A stretch of DNA of 64,000 nt, taken from Leucoraja ocellata. Taxonomy: Eukaryota. Where the stretch lies: the NCBI GenBank assembly GCA_036785375.1, contig JAWMAR010000367.1, positions 124,001-188,000 of the forward strand. The letters are read 5' to 3'. Below, piece by piece: positions 50,371 through 62,079 of the stretch. The translations under genes were made by a program, and so were the position numbers. The notes under the pieces were generated by a model that had not been told where the DNA came from, did not search any database, and was given only the letters and a program-made list of their open reading frames with translations. Position 1 is the first letter of the stretch; each line of letters opens with the position of its first letter.

Positions 50371-51225
50371 CTAATTCCCCATTCAGGTGTTGCAAGATTC
50401 CCCCTGCTCTATGGTGTCCAGCAGTAGATGGAGGGGGGGCTGAACCATGAAAGTTCACAGAGCTAGATCTTTGCCCACCATCCCAATATCGGAGGTGGGA
50501 TGTGCTGGGTTAGAAAGACCGCAGAGGAGGTGTACCAAGATCTTGCCCGATTGGAGATGGATTGGAATCGGCTGGCCATGTTTTTTTTTTCAACGAATGA
50601 TACTGATGGGGTGATCTGCTTTGGCTGATACGATACAGACAGGGAAGTTAGTGAAAATCATCACACTCAGAGGAAGAAACTCACACTCAGGAATAGTTGC
50701 TTTCCGACAATTATAACTACTATTAATTCTAATTCACACATGCACTGACTACACCGCCCAACACGGACTTCCATCTGTATATATGTATATATGTATGTAG
50801 CGCCGCAGAATTTGTGCACCTATTCCCCCCCCCCCCATCTCCCTTCTGTTTTTTGTTTTTTCTGTTTCTTGTTTTTTGTGCTAAATTGTATGTATGCACT
50901 GAGTACGAGCAGCTTTCACTTTCACTGTACATGTATAGTGACAATAAATGGCATATCTATATCTAAGAAGTTTTAAAGGCGATCCGAGAGTCAATAGTGT
51001 TTTATTGTCATAAGCCCAAAACAGAACAATACAATTCTTATTTGTTTTCACTCTTTCCACATTTACATTCCCCCTGGTTTTATTTCCGCGCTCAGGCGTT
51101 GAAACGTTGCGGAATTTGGGGATTAAATGGGAGCCGTTCGTTCAGCGCCGACCTGTTGTCCACCGGGTTTCTGCCCCACAGCCCCTGAGCCCCGCTCCTG
51201 ACGCCGGTCCCGGGACCCGACCCTT

Positions 51226-51758
51226 TTACACACCCGGAGCGGAACCGGGGCAGATTCTCAGCCATTGGTTTACATGCCAAGTCCAGAAGAAAGGATAAAG
51301 TTTCTCCGTGAATTTATTCCCAGTGAAGGTGTGGAGATGGGACTTGGTGTCCGCGTCGTAAAATGAAACTGTCCCGGACTCGTAACTGAGATAAACTCCC
51401 ACCCTCCCGGGGATGGGATGGGCGGGGAGAGGGGATGGAGGGGAGGTGAATGCAACAAACTTGTCATCTTTCCGCCTGATGCTCCAAACTCCAGTCTCCG
51501 GGGTCAGATCGCCCACACCATTCTTGTCTACAGACTCTGCGGCGACTCCCAGACTCCACCAACGATTATTCCCAAACTCCACCTCCCAGTAATATCTCCC
51601 TGATGTGAATCCCTCCGATCCCATGATGCACAGATTTTGCATAAATCTCTTCCCGGTGTCATAGTGATTTCGCCAGCACCCGATCCGTTTCACGCTCTTC
51701 CGATCCGCAGACACCTCGAGCTGCGGATGGGCCGTTTCCACATCCAGGGTGACGGAGA
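51226..51758 (-). CDS. TRIM gene 2 terminal PRY-SPRY (B30.2) exon
   Basis: ctccccccag|TC phase 1; VSVTLDVETAHPQLEVSADRKSV...GSEGFTSGRYYWEVE...RVGVYLSYESGTVSFYD...FTEKLYPFF; TAA at 51228-51226; AATAAA at 51084-51079. Confidence 0.92.
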
Positions 51759-51912
51759 CTGGGGGGAGAAGCAGAGAATCAGAGAGTCCCCGGGGGTCGG
51801 GGGGGAGACTCGCGGCATCAGCGCGGCCCCGCGACCGGGGGAGAAGCTGCTCGGCATCAGGCACAGGTGGGCAACGAGAGATTTCCCGGCGTGGTCAGTG
51901 GACATGGGAAAC

Positions 51913-51942
51913 CTTTCTCAACGTTGTGCAGTTGCACTTGTG
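51913..51942 (-). CDS. Possible 30-bp phase 1-1 linker exon of TRIM gene 2
   Basis: cttcttctctcaccacag|CACAAGTGCAACTGCACAACGTTGAGAAAG|gtttcc; open frame AQVQLHNVEK; strong acceptor, weak donor. Confidence 0.45.
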
Positions 51943-52282
51943 CTGTGGTGAGAGAAGAAGATGGGGACAGCGAGGGGGAAACGCAGCCGAGTTAGGCGGG
52001 TAGGGTGAAGAGGCCTGGAGTGGGGAGGATCGCTGGGACAGGAAGACAAGCAGGAGCAGTTTAGGGATTGCGGGAGAAAAGGGTGGAGAATCCCCGATGT
52101 GGATGACGGACTGCGTTAATACAAATTGGCATCAAGAACGCATGCAACTCCACCAACATGCAACCAGCATTGGGATAGTATGGATGTGGGGTGAATGTTT
52201 ACCCAGTGGGAAAGTCTGGGTTTGGAGCCCACAGCTTCGGGAGAAAAGGACAAACTTTTCAAAAGTAGACGAAGAGGAATTT

Positions 52283-52826
52283 CTATAGGGTGATTTCACC
52301 AAAGGTCAAATGAGCGTAGATCCCCCCTCACGTGACCGAAAATTTTAACTGGAGGACATCTGTCAGTTTGGTACATGTAAGTGAATGGGGAAACACGCAC
52401 TTTCCCACGTTTAACACGTTTGCTCGCTGAATTTCATCAAAAGTAAGGCATTATTAACTTACTTTTGATGAAATTCAGCGAGCAAACGCGATAATTCCCG
52501 ATATTTTGGACCTTTAAATCTCCACGGCAAATGTCAGCTGTTCACTTCCGCCGCTTTCTACCTTCAGTTCCCTCTTGTAATTACCTCACTTTCTATCTTT
52601 TTTTTTTGCCTGAAAATTTAGGTCGCTGTGCTTCACGGTCACCCCGACTAGCACAGAAAATTTCAGCTCAAAATTCGGCCGTTTTCCATGTTTTTAACGG
52701 GTGGGAAAGTGCGTGTTTCCCCATTCACTTACATGTACCAAACTGAGAGATGTCCTCCAGTTAAAATTTTCGGTCACGTGAGGGGGGATCTACGCTCATT
52801 TGACCTTTGGTGAAATCACCCTATAG
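52283..52826. mobile_element. MITE with ~125-bp near-perfect terminal inverted repeats and an internal hairpin
   Basis: 52283-52408 is the reverse complement of 52701-52826 with one mismatch seen; flanked by TATA on both sides; inserted into a CR1 fragment. Confidence 0.85.
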
Positions 52827-54207
52827 TCACATGGTAGCGAATCTGATGAATTCATTGCCACAAAAAGAGGTGGAGGCCAAATCAATGGATATTTTTAGGG
52901 CCGAGATTGACAGATTCTTAATTAGTAACCAGTTGCTCCAGCATGTTGTGTCTATCTTCGGTTTAAAGCAGCATCTGCAGTTCCTTCCTACACATCAGCT
53001 TGGTGTTTGAACCTGTATTAATACCCATATTGCCTCGCCAGTTGCGGCTTCCAGCAGAACCTCCCTCAGTGCAGGTGTGACATTTTCTATCACCAGTATT
53101 CAGCAGCACAGTTCCACCACATCTTTACCATCCCGCTTAATCACATCGTAAACACCTGGATCCTGGTTCATTCAGCTATCTGTCCTTCACCTCTATCAAC
53201 CACGTCTTTGTAATGCCTTCAACAGCACAGATCAATAGGCAATAGACAATAGGTGCAGGAGTAGGCCATTCGGCCCTTCCAGCCAGCACCGCCATTCAAT
53301 GTGATCACGGCTGATCATCCACAATCAGTACCCAGTTCCTGCCTTCTCCCCATATCCACTGACTCTGCAATTTTTAAGAGCCCTACCTAGCTCTCTTGAA
53401 AGCATCCAGAGAACCGGCCTCCACCGCCCTCTGAGACTGAGAATTCCACAGACTCACAATCTCTGGGTGAAAAAGTGTTTCCTCATCTCCGTTCTAAATG
53501 GCTCAGCCCTTATTCTTAATGGCCCCAAGTTCTGGACTTCCCCAATATCGGGAACATGTTTCCTGCCTCTAGCGTGTCCAAACCCTTAATAATCTTATAT
53601 GTTTCAATAAAACTCCCTCTCATCCTTCTAAACTCCAGAGTGTACAAGCCCAGCCGCTCCATTCTCTCAGTATATGGCAGTCCCTCCATCCCAGGAATTA
53701 ACCTGGTGAACTTACGCTGCACTCCCTCAATAGCAAGAATGTCCTTCCTCAAATTAGGGGACCAAAACTGCACACAATACTCCAGGTGTGGTCTCACTAG
53801 GGCCCTGTACAACTACAGAAGGACCTCTTTGCTCTTTTTATTAAGGTCCATTTATTAATCGGGATAATACTTTCATTTAGCGCTCACTGTATTGAAATCA
53901 GTAGTTTTTAGCACATCAACCCCATTGTGTTAATGAAACTGCCCCGACATGTGCGTAGTTTCAAATGTATTTGATCCACTCTCCACATTGTCCTCTTGCT
54001 GGCCTACAAGGATCCTTGGCCAGTACGATTGAAGACAATATGAAGGCGTATTAAACATACATTGAAAATGCTAAATGCATTTCGTTGTCTCTGTACTGTA
54101 CACTGACAAGGACAATTAAAATTGAATCTGAATCTGAATCTGAAAACAAGAGATGAACAATGGAGAGAGGGGGACACCTATTGGAAGAAGGAGGTAATTC
54201 ATGTCTG

Positions 54208-55080
54208 ATGTTTAAGAAAGAACTGCAGATGATGGAAAAATCGAAGGCAGACAAAAAATAGCTGGAGAAACTCAACGGGTGAGGCAGCATCTGTGGAGCG
54301 AAGGAATAGGCTTCGGGTCGAGACCCTTCCTCAGACTGATGTCGGGAGGGCGGGGGCAGGAAAAAGAAAGGAAGAAGCAGAGAGAGTGGGCTGTGGGCGA
54401 GCTGGGAAGGGGAGGGGAAGGAAAGAGGAAGCAATGGACTACCTGAAATTGGAGAAGTCAATGTTCATAACGCTGGGGTGTAAACTACCCAAGTGAAATA
54501 TGAGGTGCTGCTCCTCCAATTTGTGCTGGGCATCACTCTGACAGTGGAGGAGGCCCAGGATAGAAAGGTCAGATTGGGAATGGGAGGGGAGTTGAAGTGC
54601 TGAGCCACTGGGAGATCAGGTAGGTTAAGACAGACTGAGCGGAGGTGTTCAGCGAAACGATCGCCGAGCCTGCGCTTGGTCTCACCGATGTAGAGAAGTT
54701 GACACCTGGAACAGCGGATACAGTAGATGAGGTTGGAGGAGGTGCAGGTGAACCTCTGCCTCACCTGGAAAGACTGTTTGGGTCCGTGGATGGAGTCGCG
54801 GGGGGGAGGTAATGGGACAGGTGTTGTATCTCCTGCAGTTGCAAGGGGAAAGTACCAGGGGAGGGGGTGGTTTGGGTGGGAAGGGACGATTTCACCAGGG
54901 AGTTACGGAGGGAACGGTCTCTGCGGAAAGCAGAAAGGGGTGGAGATGGGAAGATGTGCCCTGCAGTTGGATCCCGTTCAAACTGAAGAAGGGCCTCAAC
55001 CCAACACGTCGCCTATTTCCTTTGCTCCATAGATGCTGCCTCACCCGCTGAGTTTCTCCAGCATTTTTGCCTACCTTCGG
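54208..55080 (-). mobile_element. Penelope-like element fragment with GIY-YIG domain and pLTRs at both ends
   Basis: RQRFTCTSSNLIYCIRCSRCQLLYIGETKRRLGDRFAEHLRSV; pLTR copies in opposite orientation at ~54210-54340 and ~54980-55080. Confidence 0.85.
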
Positions 55081-55284
55081 TTTGTTTCCGAGATCTTTGG
55101 TTTCTTCCCACACTCCAAAGACGTGCAGGTTTGTAGGTTAATTGGCTTGGTAAATGAAAAATGAAATTGTCCCTAGTGGGTGTAGGATAGTGTTAATGTG
55201 CGGGGATCGCTGGTCGGCGCGGACCCAGTGGGCGAAATCAAAATAGAATTACCTAACAAACAGGAAGTAATCTACATGCTTTAC

Positions 55285-55403
55285 CTTGCTTAATGGAGTC
55301 AAAGGTTTCCTTCAAAACTGTCTTCAACAGAAAGAGATGGTTGAAATTCTCAAACGGTATGGAATCATCTCTCACTGACAATGGCCAGTCATCATCTCTA
55401 ACC
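55285..55403 (-). CDS. TRIM gene 2 internal 119-bp exon (linker before B30.2)
   Basis: atttgcag|G...AAGCAAG|gtaaag; phase 2 to 1; RVRDDDWPLSVRDDSIPFENFNHLFLLKTVLKETFDSIKQ, in frame with the B30.2 exon. Confidence 0.85.
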
Positions 55404-55494
55404 CTGCAAATATTAAATAGCTGATTAGAAACTGGGCATTGGTTATTCCTCGGCAATATGTTTATGCAGAGGGTCAGTGAATAGCAAGTCTTAC

Positions 55495-55517
55495 CTCCTC
55501 TTACAGTCAGCTTCCTC
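55495..55517 (-). CDS. TRIM gene 2 conserved 23-bp exon
   Basis: tttatttcag|GAGGAAGCTGACTGTAAGAGGAG|gtaaga; a 23-bp phase 0-to-2 exon after the coiled coil is characteristic of class IV TRIM genes; EEADCKRR. Confidence 0.85.
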
Positions 55518-57387
55518 CTGAAATAAATAAAACACAAATCTGAATTAACGGATGGATCATCCACATCCTCATGTAAATAGCTCGTTCTAAGTCCCCCCCC
55601 CCCCCCCCCCCCAGTCTAGTTTCAGTCAAAAATCACTGATTCAAGCACTAGCGCATCTAGACTTTATTTTGACAGAACACAATTACAGTTCCACTATTAT
55701 ACCTAACCAGCGCGGGTTCGATCCTTGTATAGAAACATAGAAAATAGGTGCAGGAGTAGGCCATGCGGCCCTCGAGCCTGCACCGCCATTCAATATGATC
55801 ATGGCTGATCATCCAACTCAGTATCCTGTACCTGCCTTCTCTCCATACCCCTGATCCCTTAAGCCACAAGGGCCACATCTAACTCCCTCGTAAATATAGC
55901 CAATGAACTGTGGCCTCAACTACCTTTAGTGGCAGAGAATTCCACAGATTCACCACTCTCTGTGTAAAAAATGATTTCTCATCTCGGTCCTAAAAGACTT
56001 CACCCTTATCCTTAAACTGTGACCCCTTGTTCTGGACTTCCCCAACATCGGGAACAATCTTCCTGCATCTAGCCTGTCCAACCCCTTAAGAAGTTTGTAA
56101 GTTTCTATAAGATCCCCCCTCAATCTTCTAAATTTTAGCGAGTACAAACCGAGTCTATCCAGTTTTCTTCATATGAAAGTCACAGGAATCAGTCTGGTGA
56201 GCCTTCTCTGTACTCCCTCTATGGCAAGAATGTCTTCCCTCAGATTAGGAGACCAAAACTGTACGCAATACTCCAGGTGTGGTTTCACCAAGACACTGTA
56301 CAACTGCAGTAGAACCTCCCTGCTCTTATACTCAAATCCTGCCTGTTCAAGCTCTCTGGGCCTTGCACAAACAGAGACACTCCAGAAGGTCACGCAGTCC
56401 GAAGCGCTCTCCCAGAAGATCCACACAGGACCTCGTGGTAGCTACTTTTATAGGTCCCCAGACCTCGAGGGGCCGAACAATTACAATCCAATTACATATA
56501 TCGATTAACCACATACATGACAGACATTTTTCTAACCCAATTATACAGTAGCTAATACATTGTATTCAAACAGTGTTTCTCAAAGGAAACGAACATCGCA
56601 ACATTTAGAACGGAGACAAGGAAACACTTTTCGACACAGAGAGTTGTAAGTCTGTGGAATTCTCTGCCTCAGAGGGCGGTGCGGGCCGGTTCTCTGGATG
56701 CTTTCAAGAGAGAGCTAGATAGGGCTCTTAAAAATAGCGGAGTCAGGGGATATGGGGAGAAGGCAGGAACGGGGTACTGATTGTGGATGATCAGCCATGA
56801 TCACAGTGAATGGCAGTGCTGGATCGAAGGGCCGAATGGTCTACTCCTGCACCTGTTGTCTATTGTGCTCTGATATGCAAGAAAACCAGACAAGGCACAA
56901 TACTTAATCCAATCATCATCCAGTAAAGTCAAGCTTTGCAACATTATTTACAATGTGTATGTCTGGTTTGCATTCAACCAATACATTCTATGCATTTTCA
57001 CCTAATTGTCAGGGTCTGCAGGTGTTCCCATTCCTTTCCCGCAGCTCGGATCTAGGCTCTAGACAAACTGGCACCATTCTGCAGCTTGTCCCATTTCTAC
57101 AGAAAGCACATTTAAATTGACCAAATGGCCTAGCAGTCCAGAAGCTTTTACTCAATTTTAGGGTCCTAGCCTCTCCAATTTGGCCAGGATTTTACTTCGG
57201 AGTCACGTGAGTGACTACGTGAAGAACCCCGCCAGGACGCATGCGTGTCATATCGCTACACGCATTGCGAAACGTCAGATGCGGTGGAAGGACGTTCCTC
57301 CGCGGCGGCAGCTTAAAAGCCGCTAATTGCAGGTAAGGGTTTACTCTGTGGTCTTTTTTGTTTCCTTTCCCAACTACAGGCAGGGAA

Positions 57388-58614
57388 ATGGAGAAAGCAA
57401 AGAAGACAAGGGCTGCGACAAAGCTGGTGAGGGAGGACCGCGGAGTAGCGGGCAGCCAGCGACAGCAGCTGACGGCACTTGGATCACCCGTAGTGGGATC
57501 AACTGTGCCTGATGCCGCCACCACACCGGCCAAATTCACGCGGCCGGGCGGCAAGGCAAAATACAAATCCAACAAGGTCGTGGACTCAGAGGAGTCCGAC
57601 TTTGAAACACCGCGGGCGGCCAGCGACCGAGAACGCTGGAGCCGGATGGAGCGGTGTGTGGAGCATTTGCTCCAACGTGAGAGACTCCGGGAGATGGAGT
57701 CGGGTCACTGTGGGCCCTATGATAAACCCACAGCAGTACCTTTTCAAGGGCTGCATAGTGTTTCTACCTCACCGGAGGGGAGCACTGCGGGTCAGTTCTG
57801 GGCTGACCTGGAAGAGGGGTCCGCGGAAGAACAGATGAGTCTGCATGGGGTGCGAGAAAAAGAGAACTTGCTGGACATGGTGGCCAATTTTATACAGCCG
57901 GAACAGACTGGGAAAAATCTGGAGCCAAAGCTTGCTGCCAGTATTGACTACATGTCACTAAACCAGTTACAAGAGCAGGCTGTACTGGACACCACAGGAA
58001 GACATATGGCACTGGGCAATTGCATATCTCTGAACGTTCCAATTAGCAACAACTGTATATGGAAACACATTGGAACAGGGGTCAGGAGCATGGATGTGAA
58101 ATTACAAAAAGTGCTAAAATTACTGACCGCAGGGATAACAGCATTTGCCCGTACAGTGGACGACAGAAATATGTCCCAGGACCAACAAGATGCGCTGGCA
58201 CTATTCTGTAACACCCAGCACAAAATAAATAACATCAGGAAAAGTGCCATACAACCCACACTGAAACCAAAATTTGCGGGACTGTGCAAACCTGGGGCCA
58301 CGAAACCATCAATTTTCTTGTTCGGTGGCAACCTATCGAAGCAGGTAAAAGAGCTCGATGAAGAAGCCAAAACCTTGGGATTAATAAAAGGAACACCAAC
58401 AAAAACCCACTACAGCCAAAGACAGCACCCCTACGCACCCACCAGCAGAACTGGTGAAAGCTCGAAGGCACGGTTTTACAAACATGAGTCTTTTTTAGGC
58501 CATGGCCCAGGCCGGCCTTCTTGGAAGATGCGGGGAACCCCAATGCCAACACAAACCAACCCGAGAAACCAGGCACCAGCGCAACAACAGCGGAAGAATT
58601 ACAAAAAGAAGTAA
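57388..58614 (+). CDS. DIRS ORF1 (gag-like)
   Basis: ~408 aa open frame from ATG 57388, in the position of DIRS gag and overlapping the start of the pol frame; FLFGGNL..QVKEL resembles the LFG motif of DIRS gag. Confidence 0.7.
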   Translation: MEKAKKTRAATKLVREDRGVAGSQRQQLTALGSPVVGSTVPDAATTPAKFTRPGGKAKYKSNKVVDSEESDFETPRAASDRERWSRMERCVEHLLQRERLREMESGHCGPYDKPTAVPFQGLHSVSTSPEGSTAGQFWADLEEGSAEEQMSLHGVREKENLLDMVANFIQPEQTGKNLEPKLAASIDYMSLNQLQEQAVLDTTGRHMALGNCISLNVPISNNCIWKHIGTGVRSMDVKLQKVLKLLTAGITAFARTVDDRNMSQDQQDALALFCNTQHKINNIRKSAIQPTLKPKFAGLCKPGATKPSIFLFGGNLSKQVKELDEEAKTLGLIKGTPTKTHYSQRQHPYAPTSRTGESSKARFYKHESFLGHGPGRPSWKMRGTPMPTQTNPRNQAPAQQQRKNYKKK

Positions 58615-58631
58615 ACCTGCCACTGGTAACA

Positions 58632-60557
58632 ATGGAGGTAGGTGGGTCTGGTTCCCTAAAAAATATGGACAGCATGGGTGTTGAGGGGAGACTACACTGG
58701 TTTTTGAATGCATGGAGCATGCTAACTACCGACACTTACATCTTAAACAGTATCCAGGGGTATACAATAGAGTTTATACACGAGTACAGCCCTCCAGTTC
58801 AACATAGACCAAACCCAGTGTTCGTACTCTCTGATAAACAAAAATCAGAGGCACAAGCTGAACTGGAGCGGCTTTACATAAAAGGTGTAATTGAGATAAC
58901 CCAACATGAACCATTAGAATTCGTGTCCAATATTTTCACCAAAACCAAAAAAGATGGTGGTTGTCGCATCATCATAGATCTGACAAAATTAAATACATTT
59001 GTACAATATCTTCACTTTAAAATGGAAACCTTTGTTACTGCTAAACAATTAACTTCCAAAGGGTACTACATGGCCAGCATCGATTTAAAAGATGCTTACT
59101 ATTCAGTACCCATACGAGGTGACCACAGATGTTACTTAAAATTCAACTAGATGGGACAACGCTGGCAATATAAAGCACTGCCAAATGGGCTATCATCAGC
59201 CCCCAGGCTGTTCACGAAAATCTTAAAACCAGCCCTAGCGTTCCTACGGAAACGTAATCACAGGGTTATGGCATATTTAGATGACATACTCATAGTGGGC
59301 ATAACTTTGGAATTGGCCATACAAACTGTAACAGCCACAAAACAGTTATTTGAAAAACTGGAATTTATCATCCATCCAGTTAAATCTAAACTAACACCGT
59401 CCACTACTATGGACTATTTGGGATTCACCATTGACTCAGTTCACATGACGGTGACTCTACCTAAGGGAAAGGCTAGAGATTTAATAGAGGCTTGCAACAA
59501 CCTCATTGACATCAGCAAATCATCCATCAGATTGGTAGCAAAAGTAATTGGTAAAATGGTGGCTGCTTTCCCAGCCACACAATTTGGACCTCTACATTAC
59601 CAAAACTTACAGAGAACAAAAATACAAGCTCTAAAAATCAATGCAGGTCACTTTGATAGACCTATGAAACTACCAATCCAAGCCAAAACGGAACTAATAT
59701 GGTGGATAGATAACATCTGGCTTTGTTCCAACCCAATCATTGTCAGTAACCCTTCTATGGTACTACAAACCGATGCCAGTGCACTTGGGTGGGGAGCCAC
59801 CAATACCATCACCAGCTGTGGAGGTAGATGGACAGCACAGGAGGCATCTTTCTTACTCACACTGGGCATAAACTACTTGGAAATGTTGGGTGCATTCCAT
59901 GGCCTTAAGTCATATTGTACTGGGTCATATCACCAGCATGTTAGACTACAAATAGACAATACCACCGTGGTAGCATACATCAACCACATGGGTGGTTACA
60001 AATCGATATCATGTGACAATCTTGCTAATTCAATTTGGCAATGGTACATCCAGAAAGATATTTGGATATCAGCCACTTACCTACCAGTGAGACTAAATTT
60101 ACTGGCAGACACCAGGTCACGCAAATTTAATGAAAACACTGAATGGATGTTGAACAAAATGGTATTTGCTGATATTACAGCAAAATATGGTACACCAGAT
60201 ATCGATCTATTCACATCCAGACTAAACAACCAGATACCTAACTATGTTTCATGGGAACCAGATCTTGGGGCAGCAGCAACAGATGCATTCTCGCTGCATT
60301 GGGGGAAATTGTTTATCTATGCATTCCCTCCTTTCTGCCTCATCAGTCGGGTATTAAGGAAAATACAACAAGACTCTACGTCTGGTATTTTGGTAGTACC
60401 CGATTGGCCTACACAACCATGGTTTCCAGTGGTGCAAAACATGGTATTAGAACCATGTATTACCATCCCACATAGACCAGACTTATAACTACATCCTGTG
60501 ACAGGGGATAGCCATCCATGCCATAAAAGCTTGAACCTGTTAATTTGTAGAGTTTAA
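58632..60557 (+). pseudogene. DIRS pol: reverse transcriptase, RNase H and Dam-like methyltransferase, with in-frame stops at 59148-59150 and 60486-60488
   Basis: SIDLKDAYYSVPI, LPNGLSSAPRLFTK, AYLDD; RNase H TDASALGWGA, INYLEM, DNTTVVAYINHMGG, ADTRSR; MT IDLFTSRLN...DAFSLHW...YAFPPF. Confidence 0.9.
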
Positions 60558-60559
60558 AA

Positions 60560-61983
60560 ACACCACTTCTACAACTGGGACTAACGGACCGAACAGCGAA
60601 CATGATCTCTGTTTTATGAAGAAAGACTGGATAGACTTGGTTTATACTCTCTAGAATTTAGGAGATTGAGAGGGGATCTTATAGAAACTTACAAAATTCT
60701 TAAGGGGTTGGACAGGCTAGATGCAGGAAGATTGTTCCCGATGTTAGGGAAGTCCAGGACAAGGGGTCACAGCCTAAGGATAAGGGGGACATCCTTTAAA
60801 ACCGAGATGAGAAGAACTTTTTTCACACAGAAAGTGGTGAATCTCTGGAACTCTCTGCCACAGAGGGTAGTCGAGGCCACAGTTCATTGGCTATGTTTAA
60901 GAGGGAGTTAGATGTGGCCCTTGTGGCTAAGGGGATCAGGGGTATGGAGAGAAGGCAGGTATGGGATACTGAGTTGGATGATCAGCCATGATCATATTGA
61001 ATGACGGTGCAGGCTCGAAGGGCCGAATGGCCTCTACTCCTGCACCTAATTTCTATGTTTCTATCTTGGCGGCCCAAAGACAATCAACTAAAAAACAATA
61101 TCTGGCCTACATCAGGAAGTGGGAAATGTACTGTCATAAGAACAACATCACCGACAGAAACATGAACATCCCGTCTGTTCTGGAATATCTGGCAGGCCTC
61201 CACTATGATGAGGGGCTCAGCTACAGTGCCATCAACAGCGCCAGAAGTGCCCTGTCAACTTACCTATGGCAAGGGACAGAGCGTTACACTGTAGGGACTC
61301 ACCCTCTGGTAACAAAGCTCATGAGGGGAATTTTTAATAATCCCCCAAAAACCAGGTACTCCCAAATTTGGGGTGTAAGCATTGTCCTGAAAACGCTCAG
61401 GAACTGGTCTCCAGCATCAACTGTGTCCCTACACAGACTAACTTTGAAAACAGTCATGTTAATGGCACTGGTCACGGCACAGAGGGTTCAGTCACTGCAT
61501 AAACTCAGACTGGACAACATGACCTCCTCACCGGACGATATTACGTTCCACATCTACAAACTGGTAAAGCAGAACAGACAGGGATCAGCAGGCCTCAATA
61601 TACAATTCCGGTCATACCCTTCAGATGACCGTCTCTGTATAGTTAGACACCTGTCATTATACATAGAGAAAACAAAAATCCTAAGAGGCAATGAGAAGGG
61701 ACTGCTGATCAGCCATAAGCAACCTCACAAAAGAGTGACGGTCCAGACCATCTCGAGATGGCTGAAACAGGTGCTGACACAGGCTGGGGTGGATACTAAC
61801 GTTTTAAAATCTCATTCCACCAGGGCTGCAGCTACATCAGCAGCAGTACAACTGGATGTGCCCATGGACCAAGTCCTCGAAGCAGCAGGATGGTCAGGGG
61901 AAAGAACTTTCCAGTTATTTTACAATAAACCAGTGATGAAATCTGGAACATTTGCAGAAAAAAATTTAAGTTCTGTAAATTAA
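60560..61983 (+). pseudogene. DIRS tyrosine recombinase interrupted by a CR1 3' insertion (~60609-61063)
   Basis: LLQLGLTDRTANMI / LAAQRQSTKKQY...LSYSAINSARSALS...QRVQSL (R), HSTRAAATS (HxxR), AAGWS, FQLFYNK (Y). Confidence 0.9.
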
Positions 61984-62079
61984 TTAAACCCATAAAAGGG
62001 ATTATAATTTGTGTTAATAAATGTTATGATCTCAATGATGAATCATGTCCAAATTATGTTAACACTATTCCTCCCACAT

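Larger units (their letters stand above)
57190..62079 (+). mobile_element. DIRS1-like tyrosine-recombinase retrotransposon (degenerate, 3' end not seen)
   Basis: gag-like ORF, then RT-RNaseH-methyltransferase, then tyrosine recombinase, in canonical DIRS order; begins TTT...; right terminal repeat not found before the L1 sequence at ~62080. Confidence 0.92.

Noticed and set aside
51226-51942. Butyrophilin interpretation of the minus-strand B30.2 exon, possibly linked to the Ig domains
   Set aside because: The B30.2 exon lies upstream of the Ig gene on that strand, and the 23-bp plus 119-bp exons that feed it are TRIM-type
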